From a virus, in the IMG/VR virus record IMGVR_UViG_3300045988_115755: a DNA stretch of 64,000 nt, one strand, 5' to 3'. Under the pieces are notes generated by a model, which saw nothing but the letters and a program-made list of their open reading frames with translations, made no database searches and had not been told where the DNA came from. The translations under genes and the position numbers were made by a program. Shown piece by piece: positions 9,475 to 18,592 of the stretch. The first letter of the stretch is position 1. The number at the start of each line of letters is the position of its first letter.

Positions 9475-9507
9475 GACACTTATGGAAAATTCCAGAGTGT
9501 CTTTTTT
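9475..9507 (+). terminator. rho-independent terminator
   Basis: GACACT...AGTGTC hairpin + TTTTTT. Confidence 0.6.
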
Positions 9508-9543
9508 AATACAAATTTTTACATAAGAAAGGTGGAATTGATT

Positions 9544-10896
9544 ATGAATCTAAACGAAATGGAAATCCCTTGCGATCCAATTTTGGACAAAGCAAAGAGG
9601 GATGAGTTGGTGCAGAACACAGAACTTTTAAAACAGGTTACAATCAAGCCGATCCCGTGGCTTCCTGGACGAGATTATATTACTACGGAACAGGTAGCAC
9701 GATTCTTTGATGGAGATGTTGACGAGGTTAAGAGGCTGTGTACAAAGTATCGCAAAGAGTTTTTAGACGATGGAATGGAAGTTAAGACGGTGCAGGAGAT
9801 CATTGACGGTCAGGACGCAGCAACGGAAAAACAGAAGGGAAGAATCATGGTAACGTATCCGAACGGATTAAACATCTCATTCGGTTATAAGGGTACTAAG
9901 GTGTTTACTCTTAAATGTTTAATCAGATTGTCTTTGCTGATGGAAACTTCAAAGCTTGCCGAGAGTGTGAGATATTATGTTTTTATCAACGATTATATCA
10001 CGATAGAAGAGCAGAGAGAACAAGAACAGATAGAGGCAGGCGTTAAGCTTGTTGACACAACGGAAATTTTAGGTAGACGAATTGACTTATACAGAAGTAT
10101 TGAAGATCCGTTATTTTTGGCGAAGGATGTAGCAGAATGGATTGATTATAGTAAACGTCCTGATGGAAGTTATAGAACGGATAAAATGTTACAGGCGATT
10201 GATTCAGAAGAAAAATATAAGACCAAAATCTTAACCGCTAATAATGTTAGCGGGTCAAATTTAGGTCAGATTGATTCTACTGGAAAGACCATCAATCCAT
10301 TTTGGTTCCTCACAGAAGATGGACTCTATGAAGTGTGTATGCAGTCACGTAAACCGATTGCCAAGCAGATGAAGAAGCAGATCAAAGAATACCTTAGAAA
10401 CATCCGTAAGACAGGCGGTGCAGTTGACTTTGGAAAAGAATCACAGTTTATTGAACACTATTTTCCATCATTCTCTGAAGATGTCAAGCTTGCAATGGTA
10501 ACGGATCTGCGAACACAAAACAAAGAACTCAAAGAAGAGAATCAGAAATTGCAGAATGATAATAAGCTATTAGCAGCGAAAATTTTAACGTGGGATGATC
10601 GAAACAAGATGAACGCTGGGATTAGAAAGTTGGCTGCGGTTACAGGAACACAATTCTCTGTTATGTGGAACGAGCTTTATAAGAACTTGCAATATAAATA
10701 TCAGATTGATGTTAAAAAACGTGGAAAGAAACCATTTCTACAGTGGATTCAAGAACATGAATGGGATAAGGTACTGAAAGTTTTTTGTGCAATGTGTGAA
10801 GCTAGAAACCTATCTCCAACAGATATGTTCCAACAGACAGCACCAGTGGAAAATTTATATGATAATGAAGATGAGGATGATGAAGTATGGAATTAG
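9544..10896 (+). CDS. putative phage DNA-binding/antirepressor-like protein with C-terminal coiled coil
   Basis: 450 aa; N-terminal ITTEQVARFFDGDVDEVKRL resembles Rha/ORF6-type phage regulatory domains; coiled-coil NKELKEENQKLQNDNKLL; function uncertain. Confidence 0.35.
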   Translation: MNLNEMEIPCDPILDKAKRDELVQNTELLKQVTIKPIPWLPGRDYITTEQVARFFDGDVDEVKRLCTKYRKEFLDDGMEVKTVQEIIDGQDAATEKQKGRIMVTYPNGLNISFGYKGTKVFTLKCLIRLSLLMETSKLAESVRYYVFINDYITIEEQREQEQIEAGVKLVDTTEILGRRIDLYRSIEDPLFLAKDVAEWIDYSKRPDGSYRTDKMLQAIDSEEKYKTKILTANNVSGSNLGQIDSTGKTINPFWFLTEDGLYEVCMQSRKPIAKQMKKQIKEYLRNIRKTGGAVDFGKESQFIEHYFPSFSEDVKLAMVTDLRTQNKELKEENQKLQNDNKLLAAKILTWDDRNKMNAGIRKLAAVTGTQFSVMWNELYKNLQYKYQIDVKKRGKKPFLQWIQEHEWDKVLKVFCAMCEARNLSPTDMFQQTAPVENLYDNEDEDDEVWN

Positions 10897-11132
10897 AACA
10901 AGTTGTTCATTTCTTTGAACAGTTCTGCGGAATATCTTTTGTGTTATATGTGATTGTTTTCTTGACGTGGATTTTATTAAGAAAAATTGACCATGAATAT
11001 AATCAAGTATATTTAAAGAAGTATATAGGCATATTAGAGGAAATATTAGAGGCTATTATGAAGCCTATGAAAGTAATCACGACATTATGGGTTATTGTGG
11101 CTTTCGGAATGCTTATTTATCAGCTGATTTAA
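10887..11132 (+). CDS. small membrane protein
   Basis: 81 aa, two TM helices, overlaps upstream stop. Confidence 0.4.
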   Translation: MELEQVVHFFEQFCGISFVLYVIVFLTWILLRKIDHEYNQVYLKKYIGILEEILEAIMKPMKVITTLWVIVAFGMLIYQLI

Positions 11133-11152
11133 TTCCATATAATAATTTTGGC

Positions 11153-11189
11153 AAAGAACCGAACGGAAGGGGAAGGTTCTTTTTATTTT
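11153..11189 (+). terminator. rho-independent terminator
   Basis: AAAGAACC...GGTTCTTT hairpin + TTTTATTTT. Confidence 0.6.
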
Positions 11190-11198
11190 ACGGAAATA

Positions 11199-11340
11199 TT
11201 TGACAGGAACCGATTTGGCAGGTCGGTTCTTTGTCAAATTTATTATACACAAACTAATGATTAACTAAGCATATAATTGTTAATAGATAAGGTGTTGATT
11301 ACATAGAGAACTAATAGGAATAGAATAGGTTCCTATTAGG
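11199..11340. promoter_or_regulatory. operator-like palindromes and putative promoter upstream of Bro-N gene
   Basis: TTTGACAGGAACCGA...CGGTTCTTTGTCAAA inverted repeat; AATAGGAA...TTCCTATT inverted repeat; TTGACA(c.11324)-16-TAAATG. Confidence 0.35.
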
Positions 11341-11460
11341 ATTGACACACTAATAGTTGGAATTAAATGTTGATTTTATTTCTATTGGTTTACGGAATTA
11401 AAGCATACAAAAATAATGAGTATAGAGAAAAATAAGACAGTTTAGAAAGGAAGATGAAGA

Positions 11461-12552
11461 ATGAACCTACAGTTAGTTAAAACGGAAAATTTTAATGATT
11501 TATCGTGTGATTTTTATAGTGCTGAGGATGATATTTGGATGACAAGAAATCAAATTGGAGAAGCACTGGAATATGCAGATCCAAGAAAAGCAATTCAAAA
11601 TATTCACGATAAGAACAAGGCTCGGTTTATTGGAAAATCAAGTGTCCTCAAAACGAGGACGGTTGATGGAAGGAATAGGGAAACAGTTGTATATAATGAG
11701 TTGGGAGTATTTGAAATATGTAGATTAAGTCGTCAGCCAAAAGCAGATGCCTTTATGGACTGGGCATGGAATGTTATCAAAGCTTATCGTCATGGAAATT
11801 TAAGAACAGGAACTCCTGTAACGACAGTAGAGCAATTTCTTACAGAACAGACAGAACTTATGAGGCAGATGGAAAGAAACAATGAACGCCTATACAATGT
11901 TACTATCAAAGGTTTCAATCAATTAGCAGACATTGTGAAAGAGATGAAAGCCGAACGGAAAGAATTGTATAAGCAGATTGGCAAACCTACGAAAGATATT
12001 CCAGTCGTAGATACTGAAAGTGTTATTGCAGAATACAAACTCAATGAATGGAAATCCAATGTCTATTCTATTATTGATGATATTCTCAAAGAATCTGACG
12101 AACTAGGAACAACTACTAGAGATATTCTTAAAGAAGTGTACAGGTATCTCACTAACACATATGGAATTGTGTGGGAGCAGGATCGGAAAGAATACAAGGA
12201 GAAATATAATATTAGCGAAAGAGGTAATGTACCAACGATTGATCTTTGCTATGACAAATATCCTGATCTGTTAGTCAATTCATTGGAAAAACTTTTGCGA
12301 CAGTTCAGGAAAGAAAATGCACAGCCTGATTGGGAAGAAATGAAGATCAAGATTACCAATTATGCTAATCATATTGGAAATAAATCTAAAGGCGGAACTT
12401 CTGTTTATCGGAAAATCTATACTAAGATGACAGAAAACGGTGTTAATTGGGACGAGTATGCTCATGGAGTGCCTAAATCTCAACTTATTAAAACTAATGC
12501 AATTTTATATAACAGATTTTATGAAGCTGCTGTGGAAATTATTAGTGAATAA
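11461..12552 (+). CDS. Bro-N domain protein (phage antirepressor family)
   Basis: N-terminal FYSAEDDIWMTRNQIGEALEYADPRKAIQNIHDKNKARF matches Bro-N/KilA-N-like consensus. Confidence 0.65.
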   Translation: MNLQLVKTENFNDLSCDFYSAEDDIWMTRNQIGEALEYADPRKAIQNIHDKNKARFIGKSSVLKTRTVDGRNRETVVYNELGVFEICRLSRQPKADAFMDWAWNVIKAYRHGNLRTGTPVTTVEQFLTEQTELMRQMERNNERLYNVTIKGFNQLADIVKEMKAERKELYKQIGKPTKDIPVVDTESVIAEYKLNEWKSNVYSIIDDILKESDELGTTTRDILKEVYRYLTNTYGIVWEQDRKEYKEKYNISERGNVPTIDLCYDKYPDLLVNSLEKLLRQFRKENAQPDWEEMKIKITNYANHIGNKSKGGTSVYRKIYTKMTENGVNWDEYAHGVPKSQLIKTNAILYNRFYEAAVEIISE

Positions 12553-12567
12553 GAAAGAGGAAGAATA

Positions 12568-13194
12568 ATGAAATTTAAAATTGAAACAAATCCTTATGGA
12601 AATAAGAAAACAATGTTTCGGAAAAAGAATATTGAAATTAATCCTGGATTAACCGTATTAGTTGGGTGCAATGGTAGTGGAAAAACAACTTTGTTACAAC
12701 AGATTAAAAAAATCGTTACAGACAAAGGTATTAGCTGTATGAACTATGATAATGTATCTGATAACAAACATAATACAATAGCAGATGCTGTATATCTTGG
12801 AAATTTTGACATAGTAGCACAGCAATATTGTTCATCTGAGGGAGAAGGAATTATTCAAAACATCGGTAGACTTGCAGGACAAATTGGAAATACAGTTGCT
12901 ATGTGCAAAACGAAGGATGAAAAAGAATTATTTATTCTTATTGATGCAGTCGATAGTGGATTAAGCGTAGATACCATAAATGAAATTAAAATGGATTTAT
13001 TTGATATTGTATTAGAAGAACCTTTAGATGTTTACCTTATTGTATCTGCTAACGATTATACAATGGTTAGAAATGAACAGTGTTTTGATGTTTATACTGG
13101 AAACTATAAGTCATTTAAAGATTATGAAGATTATTATAAATTTATTATGAAGTCTCGTGAACGAAAAGATAAAAGGGATGGTAATGACAACTAA
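12568..13194 (+). CDS. small ABC/SMC-like P-loop ATPase
   Basis: Walker A GCNGSGKTT, signature-like SSEGEG, Walker B LFILIDAVDSGLS. Confidence 0.55.
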   Translation: MKFKIETNPYGNKKTMFRKKNIEINPGLTVLVGCNGSGKTTLLQQIKKIVTDKGISCMNYDNVSDNKHNTIADAVYLGNFDIVAQQYCSSEGEGIIQNIGRLAGQIGNTVAMCKTKDEKELFILIDAVDSGLSVDTINEIKMDLFDIVLEEPLDVYLIVSANDYTMVRNEQCFDVYTGNYKSFKDYEDYYKFIMKSRERKDKRDGNDN

Positions 13195-13237
13195 GAAAGA
13201 GATATGATAAAATAAAACAAATATTTGATCAGAAGGA

Positions 13238-13831
13238 ATGATAAAAATGGAAGATAGATATATGTATAAAGATATGAGCAAAATTCTAAAAGATAGGCAG
13301 ATTGGAGATTTTAAATTATCTCATTTTATAATAAGCAATCATGATGGGTATGCCATGTGTCATGGAATTACACCAGGAGATTATGTAAGATTAGAACATC
13401 GTGGCAGCGTCTTAATGTCTAATACACCAATGGAAAAAAGGACTAATGAAGATTTTGTAACAAATGCCCACGGAAAAGTTCTTATTGGTGGACTTGGAAT
13501 TGGTTTGATTTTACTTGCGATTCAAGATGATCCAATGATAGATAAGATTACCGTAGTGGAAAAGAATCAGGAAGTTATTGATTTGGTAGCAAGTCAGTTG
13601 CCATTGAGTGATAAGGTGGAAATCATCTGTGCAGATGTATATAATTATGTCCCAGAAGATTTTTATAATACAATTTATATGGATATTTGGAGCTTTATCA
13701 ACGAAGATATTTGTTATAACGAAATGTATCCACTTATGGATAAGTACGAACAATATTTAGATATTAATGATGAAGATAGATATCTTGATTGTTGGTGTAG
13801 ATATGAGGCAGAACATGGTATTAGAATTTAG
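13238..13831 (+). CDS. putative class I SAM-dependent methyltransferase
   Basis: glycine-rich motif I VLIGGLGIGLILLA followed by acidic residue, ICADVY motif; substrate unknown. Confidence 0.4.
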   Translation: MIKMEDRYMYKDMSKILKDRQIGDFKLSHFIISNHDGYAMCHGITPGDYVRLEHRGSVLMSNTPMEKRTNEDFVTNAHGKVLIGGLGIGLILLAIQDDPMIDKITVVEKNQEVIDLVASQLPLSDKVEIICADVYNYVPEDFYNTIYMDIWSFINEDICYNEMYPLMDKYEQYLDINDEDRYLDCWCRYEAEHGIRI

Positions 13832-13849
13832 AAATTGAGGTGATGTGAA

Positions 13850-14227
13850 ATGGAAATATTAACATTAAAGGGCAATGGAAAATCTAAACTGTTAATGCAG
13901 TTAATGAATCAGTGTGAATCAAAGCGAGCTTTAATGATTATCTATAAAGGACAGAATGTTTCTAAAAGTTGGATTCCATATGGCTGTATTTGTGCTGAAA
14001 CAGATGATATCAAATTTATAGAAAGCGGTGTTGAGCAGTATATCAAACGCATGGAGACAGTTGTGTATGAACCTATTGATTATATTGTGATATATTCTAA
14101 TGTAAAGACAGAGGATGAAATGAGAAGAGATGGAGTATATATGAAACTAAAATCTATATTAAATAAGTTTTATGTGAATATTGGAGAGTATAACGCTCCA
14201 ACTTGCATTGTAGCTTGTAAGGAATAA
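13850..14227 (+). CDS. hypothetical protein
   Basis: 125-aa ORF. Confidence 0.45.
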   Translation: MEILTLKGNGKSKLLMQLMNQCESKRALMIIYKGQNVSKSWIPYGCICAETDDIKFIESGVEQYIKRMETVVYEPIDYIVIYSNVKTEDEMRRDGVYMKLKSILNKFYVNIGEYNAPTCIVACKE

Positions 14228-14251
14228 AGTAATTAAAAAGGAGTGATTAAA

Positions 14252-14737
14252 ATGGAAAAATTTAAAGCATATACACCAGAAAAACCATATATGTGTGTTT
14301 ACGAAACAAAAGAAGATGGTATTGGCTATGCGACATTTGATAATGAAGAAGCTTTGATGGAATTGTTAAATGAGTGCAGAGAAAACGGAGATAAGATTTT
14401 AGATGCCTGCAAGGTTGAGGATCGTTATGAATTCAAAGATGGAAAATTTGAGTCTAAATATCAAAGAATGTATGAATATGCAGTCATTAAAGCGATTAAA
14501 GATAAGCATAAGGAATTAGGTAATAAATTAAGAAAAGTAATTAATGAAAGGATCGCTATAGAAGAAAAACTAGCAGATACAAACATGCCGTATCAAAAAT
14601 ATATGCATTTATTGCGTGAGAAAGAGGATATTGAAAAAAAAGAAGAAAAGTTAAGTCAGAGGAAACAAATCGTAAGAGATATGTTAGATGTCTGCTATGA
14701 AGCGGTATGGGGATGTGACGATCATAAGATAAAATGA
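14252..14737 (+). CDS. hypothetical protein
   Basis: ATG 14252 after AAGGAGTG. Confidence 0.45.
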   Translation: MEKFKAYTPEKPYMCVYETKEDGIGYATFDNEEALMELLNECRENGDKILDACKVEDRYEFKDGKFESKYQRMYEYAVIKAIKDKHKELGNKLRKVINERIAIEEKLADTNMPYQKYMHLLREKEDIEKKEEKLSQRKQIVRDMLDVCYEAVWGCDDHKIK

Positions 14738-14764
14738 AACTTTGATAGAAAGGAAGTTGGATAA

Positions 14765-15493
14765 ATGAGAGAAAATGCTAGGAAAGAAGGAGATTATATA
14801 ATATCAGAAGATGTTCTTGGAACATCATATAAACACCCATCATTTGGAATGTTATCATTCAATCGTACTCATGGCGGGCATAGCAATTTATTTGGCAGTA
14901 GCATTCAGCATAACGATACAATCCATATGGTATTAAAGGAAGGTGTGGTTATAAGGGGACTCAATGATGATAGGTATGTTGGAGAAGATGAGATTCTGGA
15001 AGTAGAAATGTCGCAATCACAATTTGCGGAATTAATTACTTCTATGAATGTTGGAACAGGTACTCCATGTACTATTAAATATTTACGTGGTAAAGGACGT
15101 ATTAACGAAGCGGATTTTATCAATAAAAGACAGCAGATAACAAATGAATTTAAAGAGTCTATGAACGAGCGTATGAGCGATGCAAAAGAATTTTATGATG
15201 AAGTCAAGGAGCTTTTTACTACGAAGAAATCTATTGGAAAAGGCGATCGAGAAATGATCCTGAGAAGACTTGCCAACGTGACTCAAGGTATGGAATCTAG
15301 TTCAAAATTTATCTTTGATCAATTCCAAAATCAGATAGACAAAACAATTACAGAAGCTAAAGGAGAAATCGAGGCTTTTGCACAGAATAAAATTAATGCA
15401 ATAGCTCAACAAGCTCTTGTAGAACAGAAAGAAGATATTTTAAAATTAGAGAATCCTGTTGATGTAAATCATATGGAACTTGATGAAGAATAA
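14765..15493 (+). CDS. hypothetical protein
   Basis: 242-aa ORF. Confidence 0.5.
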   Translation: MRENARKEGDYIISEDVLGTSYKHPSFGMLSFNRTHGGHSNLFGSSIQHNDTIHMVLKEGVVIRGLNDDRYVGEDEILEVEMSQSQFAELITSMNVGTGTPCTIKYLRGKGRINEADFINKRQQITNEFKESMNERMSDAKEFYDEVKELFTTKKSIGKGDREMILRRLANVTQGMESSSKFIFDQFQNQIDKTITEAKGEIEAFAQNKINAIAQQALVEQKEDILKLENPVDVNHMELDEE

Positions 15494-15521
15494 AACGAAA
15501 ATTTGATGGGAGGCGGTATAG

Positions 15522-15896
15522 ATGGTGGATTTAAATGACCACAAGTGCATGTCTGAATATACAGACGAAGAACTGTTAGAGCAGGGAAAGTTAAATCTTC
15601 AAGCAAGATCACATGGAATAAGAAGCGATAGAACTTTTTTAGAACAATATATAGTCTTGGAAGAAATCGGCAAGCGATGGATTCGAGAACATGAAAATAT
15701 GAAGAAAGAAAATATCGTGAGTAATCAGTTCAAAAGCTGGAGCGATGATAAGTTGTTGAAATTTTATAAGGAACGAAAAGAAATTTATAATGGAAATTTC
15801 CCTATCTCGTATATTAATATGTTAGCGGAAATTTCTGATCGTTGGATTAAACAGAATGAAATTAAAGAGATAGAATTAGAAGAAGGTGCTAAATGA
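15522..15896 (+). CDS. hypothetical protein
   Basis: 124-aa ORF. Confidence 0.45.
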   Translation: MVDLNDHKCMSEYTDEELLEQGKLNLQARSHGIRSDRTFLEQYIVLEEIGKRWIREHENMKKENIVSNQFKSWSDDKLLKFYKERKEIYNGNFPISYINMLAEISDRWIKQNEIKEIELEEGAK

Positions 15897-16138
15897 GAAA
15901 ACCAATAACAAAATGTCCGCACTGCGGAAGTGATCGTGGAATGGCTGTTAGGTTTAAAGCTACTGGAACCGATATATATAGTTTTGATGGACATTTTCAA
16001 GATGAAGAAATTATTGAATGCTGTACATATAATAAATGTATGACATGCTGTGACTGTGGTAAACGTATAATGAGTTATGATGAATTTATGACACATTATG
16101 CAATTGATGAATTAACAGGTAAGCATTTAAAACAGTGA
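15893..16138 (+). CDS. zinc-ribbon protein
   Basis: CPHCGS...CCDCGKR cysteine pairs. Confidence 0.45.
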   Translation: MRKPITKCPHCGSDRGMAVRFKATGTDIYSFDGHFQDEEIIECCTYNKCMTCCDCGKRIMSYDEFMTHYAIDELTGKHLKQ

Positions 16139-16178
16139 AAGGAGAATTTTATCTCTGCATATAGATGGGAGTGATGCC

Positions 16179-16904
16179 ATGAGTAATACAGGATGGATTA
16201 AACTCCATCGGAAAATTACAGATCACTGGTTATGGGAAGATAAACCATTTGCCAGAGGACAAGCAATGATTGACTTATTGATTCTCGCAGGATATAATGA
16301 TCAATCGAAATACATTGATGGAAATTTAGAAACAGTTGAGCGAGGATCGGTAGTTACTTCGATCAGAAGATTGTGTGATCGATGGGGATGGAGCAATTCA
16401 AAGGTTGTCAAATTTTTAAAGACACTGGAAAACGACAGTATCATACATGTAAAAAGCGACACTAAAAAGACAGTCATAACCATAGTAAATTACAGTGTTT
16501 ATCAAGGTTTTGTAGATGAAAAAACTACACAGAAACGACACAAAAACGACGCAGAAGCGACACATAAAAAGAAAGTAAAGAATAATAATAAATATAAATA
16601 TAATAATAATATAAAGCGGTTCAGACCGCCTGATTGCGAGCAAGTCTCCAGATATTGCCAACAAAGAAACAACGGGATTGATCCAGAAGAGTTTGTGGAT
16701 TACTACACAGCCAAAGACTGGATGATTGGCAATAGCAAAATGCAAGACTGGAAGGCAGCAGTACGAAACTGGGAACGTAATCAAGCTAAGAAGAACGCTA
16801 AACAAAAGTCTAAGACAACAAACCTTTCACGTTTGGAGTGTGATCGTGACTATGATTTCGGTGCGTTGGAAAGACAACTTTTTGAGAAGCAAATGACGGG
16901 ATGA
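16179..16904 (+). CDS. phage replisome organizer / replication initiation protein (N-terminal domain)
   Basis: GWIKLHRKITDHWLWEDKPF is the hallmark of the phage replisome-organizer N-terminal domain; K/N-rich linker. Confidence 0.6.
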   Translation: MSNTGWIKLHRKITDHWLWEDKPFARGQAMIDLLILAGYNDQSKYIDGNLETVERGSVVTSIRRLCDRWGWSNSKVVKFLKTLENDSIIHVKSDTKKTVITIVNYSVYQGFVDEKTTQKRHKNDAEATHKKKVKNNNKYKYNNNIKRFRPPDCEQVSRYCQQRNNGIDPEEFVDYYTAKDWMIGNSKMQDWKAAVRNWERNQAKKNAKQKSKTTNLSRLECDRDYDFGALERQLFEKQMTG

Positions 16905-16950
16905 ACCTGTATGACGGATAATGATTTGCGAACTGAATAATGGCAATTTT

Positions 16951-16978
16951 GAGAAGCTTATGGGCTTCTTTTTGTTTT
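16951..16978 (+). terminator. rho-independent terminator
   Basis: GAGAAGC...GCTTCTT hairpin + TTTTGTTTT. Confidence 0.55.
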
Positions 16979-17081
16979 GTCTAAATTTAGAGAATAGGAG
17001 TGAGAATTATGGAATTAATCGAGGTAGAAATTAAACCAGAAGTACGTGAACAGTGTAACAACTAAGAGAGGTGAGATTATC

Positions 17082-18032
17082 ATGGCAGCAATACAGTTTG
17101 AAGTTATTGAAACAGTAAATAATAATAACGCAGAAGAATCTGAAACAAAGATTAAAAGACGCAAGGACGGAAATCCTAAATGGACTCGATCTAACAAACA
17201 AAAAGGCGTATCATCTTTAGTGTATCCGATCAAGGACAGAAAACAATTTGCAGCCTTTAATGCATATTTTAGAGACCAGATTGATAAATCGTACACAGAG
17301 TACAAACGATATGTAGCTGCCAGAAACAATCTTTTGGTTACAGTTGGAAACAATACAGCATATCGTATCTCTGATATTGTTAGACTCAAATGGGGCGATT
17401 TATTGGAAGATAAGACTCGTAAGCAGGAAAAGAAAACAAAGAAATTTAGAACTGTATACTTTAACGACTTAGTAACCGAAGCAGTGGATATTTTCTTTGA
17501 AGCTGTCGCAGGAACTAAATATGATGTCAAGATTGATGGCGAAGTGCCAATGGATGATTATGTTTTCGGAACATGTAAATCTGGATCAGGACACATGACA
17601 GAAGCAAATGCTTTAGACTTTGTTAAAAAAGGTGCTAAAGCAGTTGGAATTGAGGATAACATTGGTACACATACACTACGAAAGAACTTTGTGTATTGGA
17701 CACTTGTTGATCATAAAGATGATCAGAACGTATTGTATACACTTATGAGATTATTGAATCATAGTAGCCCTGCAATGACGTTTTTATATGCTACAATTAC
17801 AGAGGAGGAAACTCATGTATTGTTTGACGATATCGCTCAGACATACAAGGATATTATCAGCGGAGCATTTAATGGACTGAGGGAAAATGTTATTAACGTG
17901 AGCTATGATAGAGTAATGGAGATTATCAAGTGTGCTTATGATACAGGGAAAGATGATGCAGATAAAGATAATGGAGTGCATGAGGATAATATGCAAGCAT
18001 TAAAAGAATTACTGGAAGGAGTTATTGTATGA
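17082..18032 (+). CDS. tyrosine recombinase / phage integrase family
   Basis: RISDIVRLKWGDL (Arg I), HTLRKNF (H-x-x-R), LLNHSS...FLYA (catalytic Tyr region); ATG 17082 after AGAGAGGTGAG. Confidence 0.65.
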   Translation: MAAIQFEVIETVNNNNAEESETKIKRRKDGNPKWTRSNKQKGVSSLVYPIKDRKQFAAFNAYFRDQIDKSYTEYKRYVAARNNLLVTVGNNTAYRISDIVRLKWGDLLEDKTRKQEKKTKKFRTVYFNDLVTEAVDIFFEAVAGTKYDVKIDGEVPMDDYVFGTCKSGSGHMTEANALDFVKKGAKAVGIEDNIGTHTLRKNFVYWTLVDHKDDQNVLYTLMRLLNHSSPAMTFLYATITEEETHVLFDDIAQTYKDIISGAFNGLRENVINVSYDRVMEIIKCAYDTGKDDADKDNGVHEDNMQALKELLEGVIV

Positions 18033-18142
18033 TATTTGTAACAGGAGACACACATGGGGATTGGATGACTCGATTAAACAGTCATTCTTTCCCAGAAGAT
18101 AATGCAATTGCAATTTACGAACAGATAATTAGAATTTCATAA
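18029..18142 (+). pseudogene. 37-aa remnant of a calcineurin-like metallophosphoesterase (N-terminal motif only)
   Basis: MIFVTGDTHGDW matches metallophosphoesterase motif I-II (GDxHG); ORF terminates after 37 codons. Confidence 0.3.
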
Positions 18143-18154
18143 GGAGAATTTTGT

Positions 18155-18475
18155 ATGAAGATAAATACAATTAGACAAAATAAAGAAGAAAAGAAAGTAA
18201 ACCAGAATCTTGTGTGGATTTCGGCAGAGATTCCACCGCTAAAGCCAGATAACGCATCACGTTATATGAGATATAAAACATATCCTGTGATTGTAGATTA
18301 CAGATATAATGATGGATATGTGGACGAAGTGCTTGATTTTTGTGACTATGACTTTGAAGAAAAGAGGTGGAAATTAGACAAGCCGCATAAAATCAGACAG
18401 TATTTTCCACTTCCAAGCAAGCACAAGGTAAAGTGTTCGAACAAAAAGAGAACACTTGTTCGAAAAACATCTTGA
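18155..18475 (+). CDS. hypothetical protein
   Basis: 106-aa basic ORF. Confidence 0.4.
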   Translation: MKINTIRQNKEEKKVNQNLVWISAEIPPLKPDNASRYMRYKTYPVIVDYRYNDGYVDEVLDFCDYDFEEKRWKLDKPHKIRQYFPLPSKHKVKCSNKKRTLVRKTS

Positions 18476-18557
18476 TTTTGTTCTGTCGTAGCATTATAAT
18501 AAGAAGTGTAAAAATTCTTTGTTATATTAAACTTTTGAAAAATATCTTTAAATGCTA

Positions 18558-18586
18558 TTGACAAGCATATAAAGGTATGGTATATT
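18558..18586 (+). promoter_or_regulatory. sigma70 promoter with extended -10 (TTGACA-17-TGGTATATT); copy 1 of a 44-nt repeat
   Basis: TTGACA 18558-18563; TATATT 18581-18586; near-identical copy at 61814-61857. Confidence 0.55.
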
Positions 18587-18592
18587 TAACTC

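Noticed and set aside
16560-16640. AAT/AAA-rich low-complexity stretch as a simple repeat
   Set aside because: It lies inside the replisome-organizer coding sequence and encodes a K/N-rich linker (KKKVKNNNKYKYNNNIKR). It is coding, not a non-coding repeat.
16416-17530. Minus-strand ORFs of 129 aa (16416-16805) and 171 aa (17015-17530)
   Set aside because: Both are entirely antisense to the well-supported replisome-organizer and integrase genes, hydrophobic and low-complexity. No start signals.
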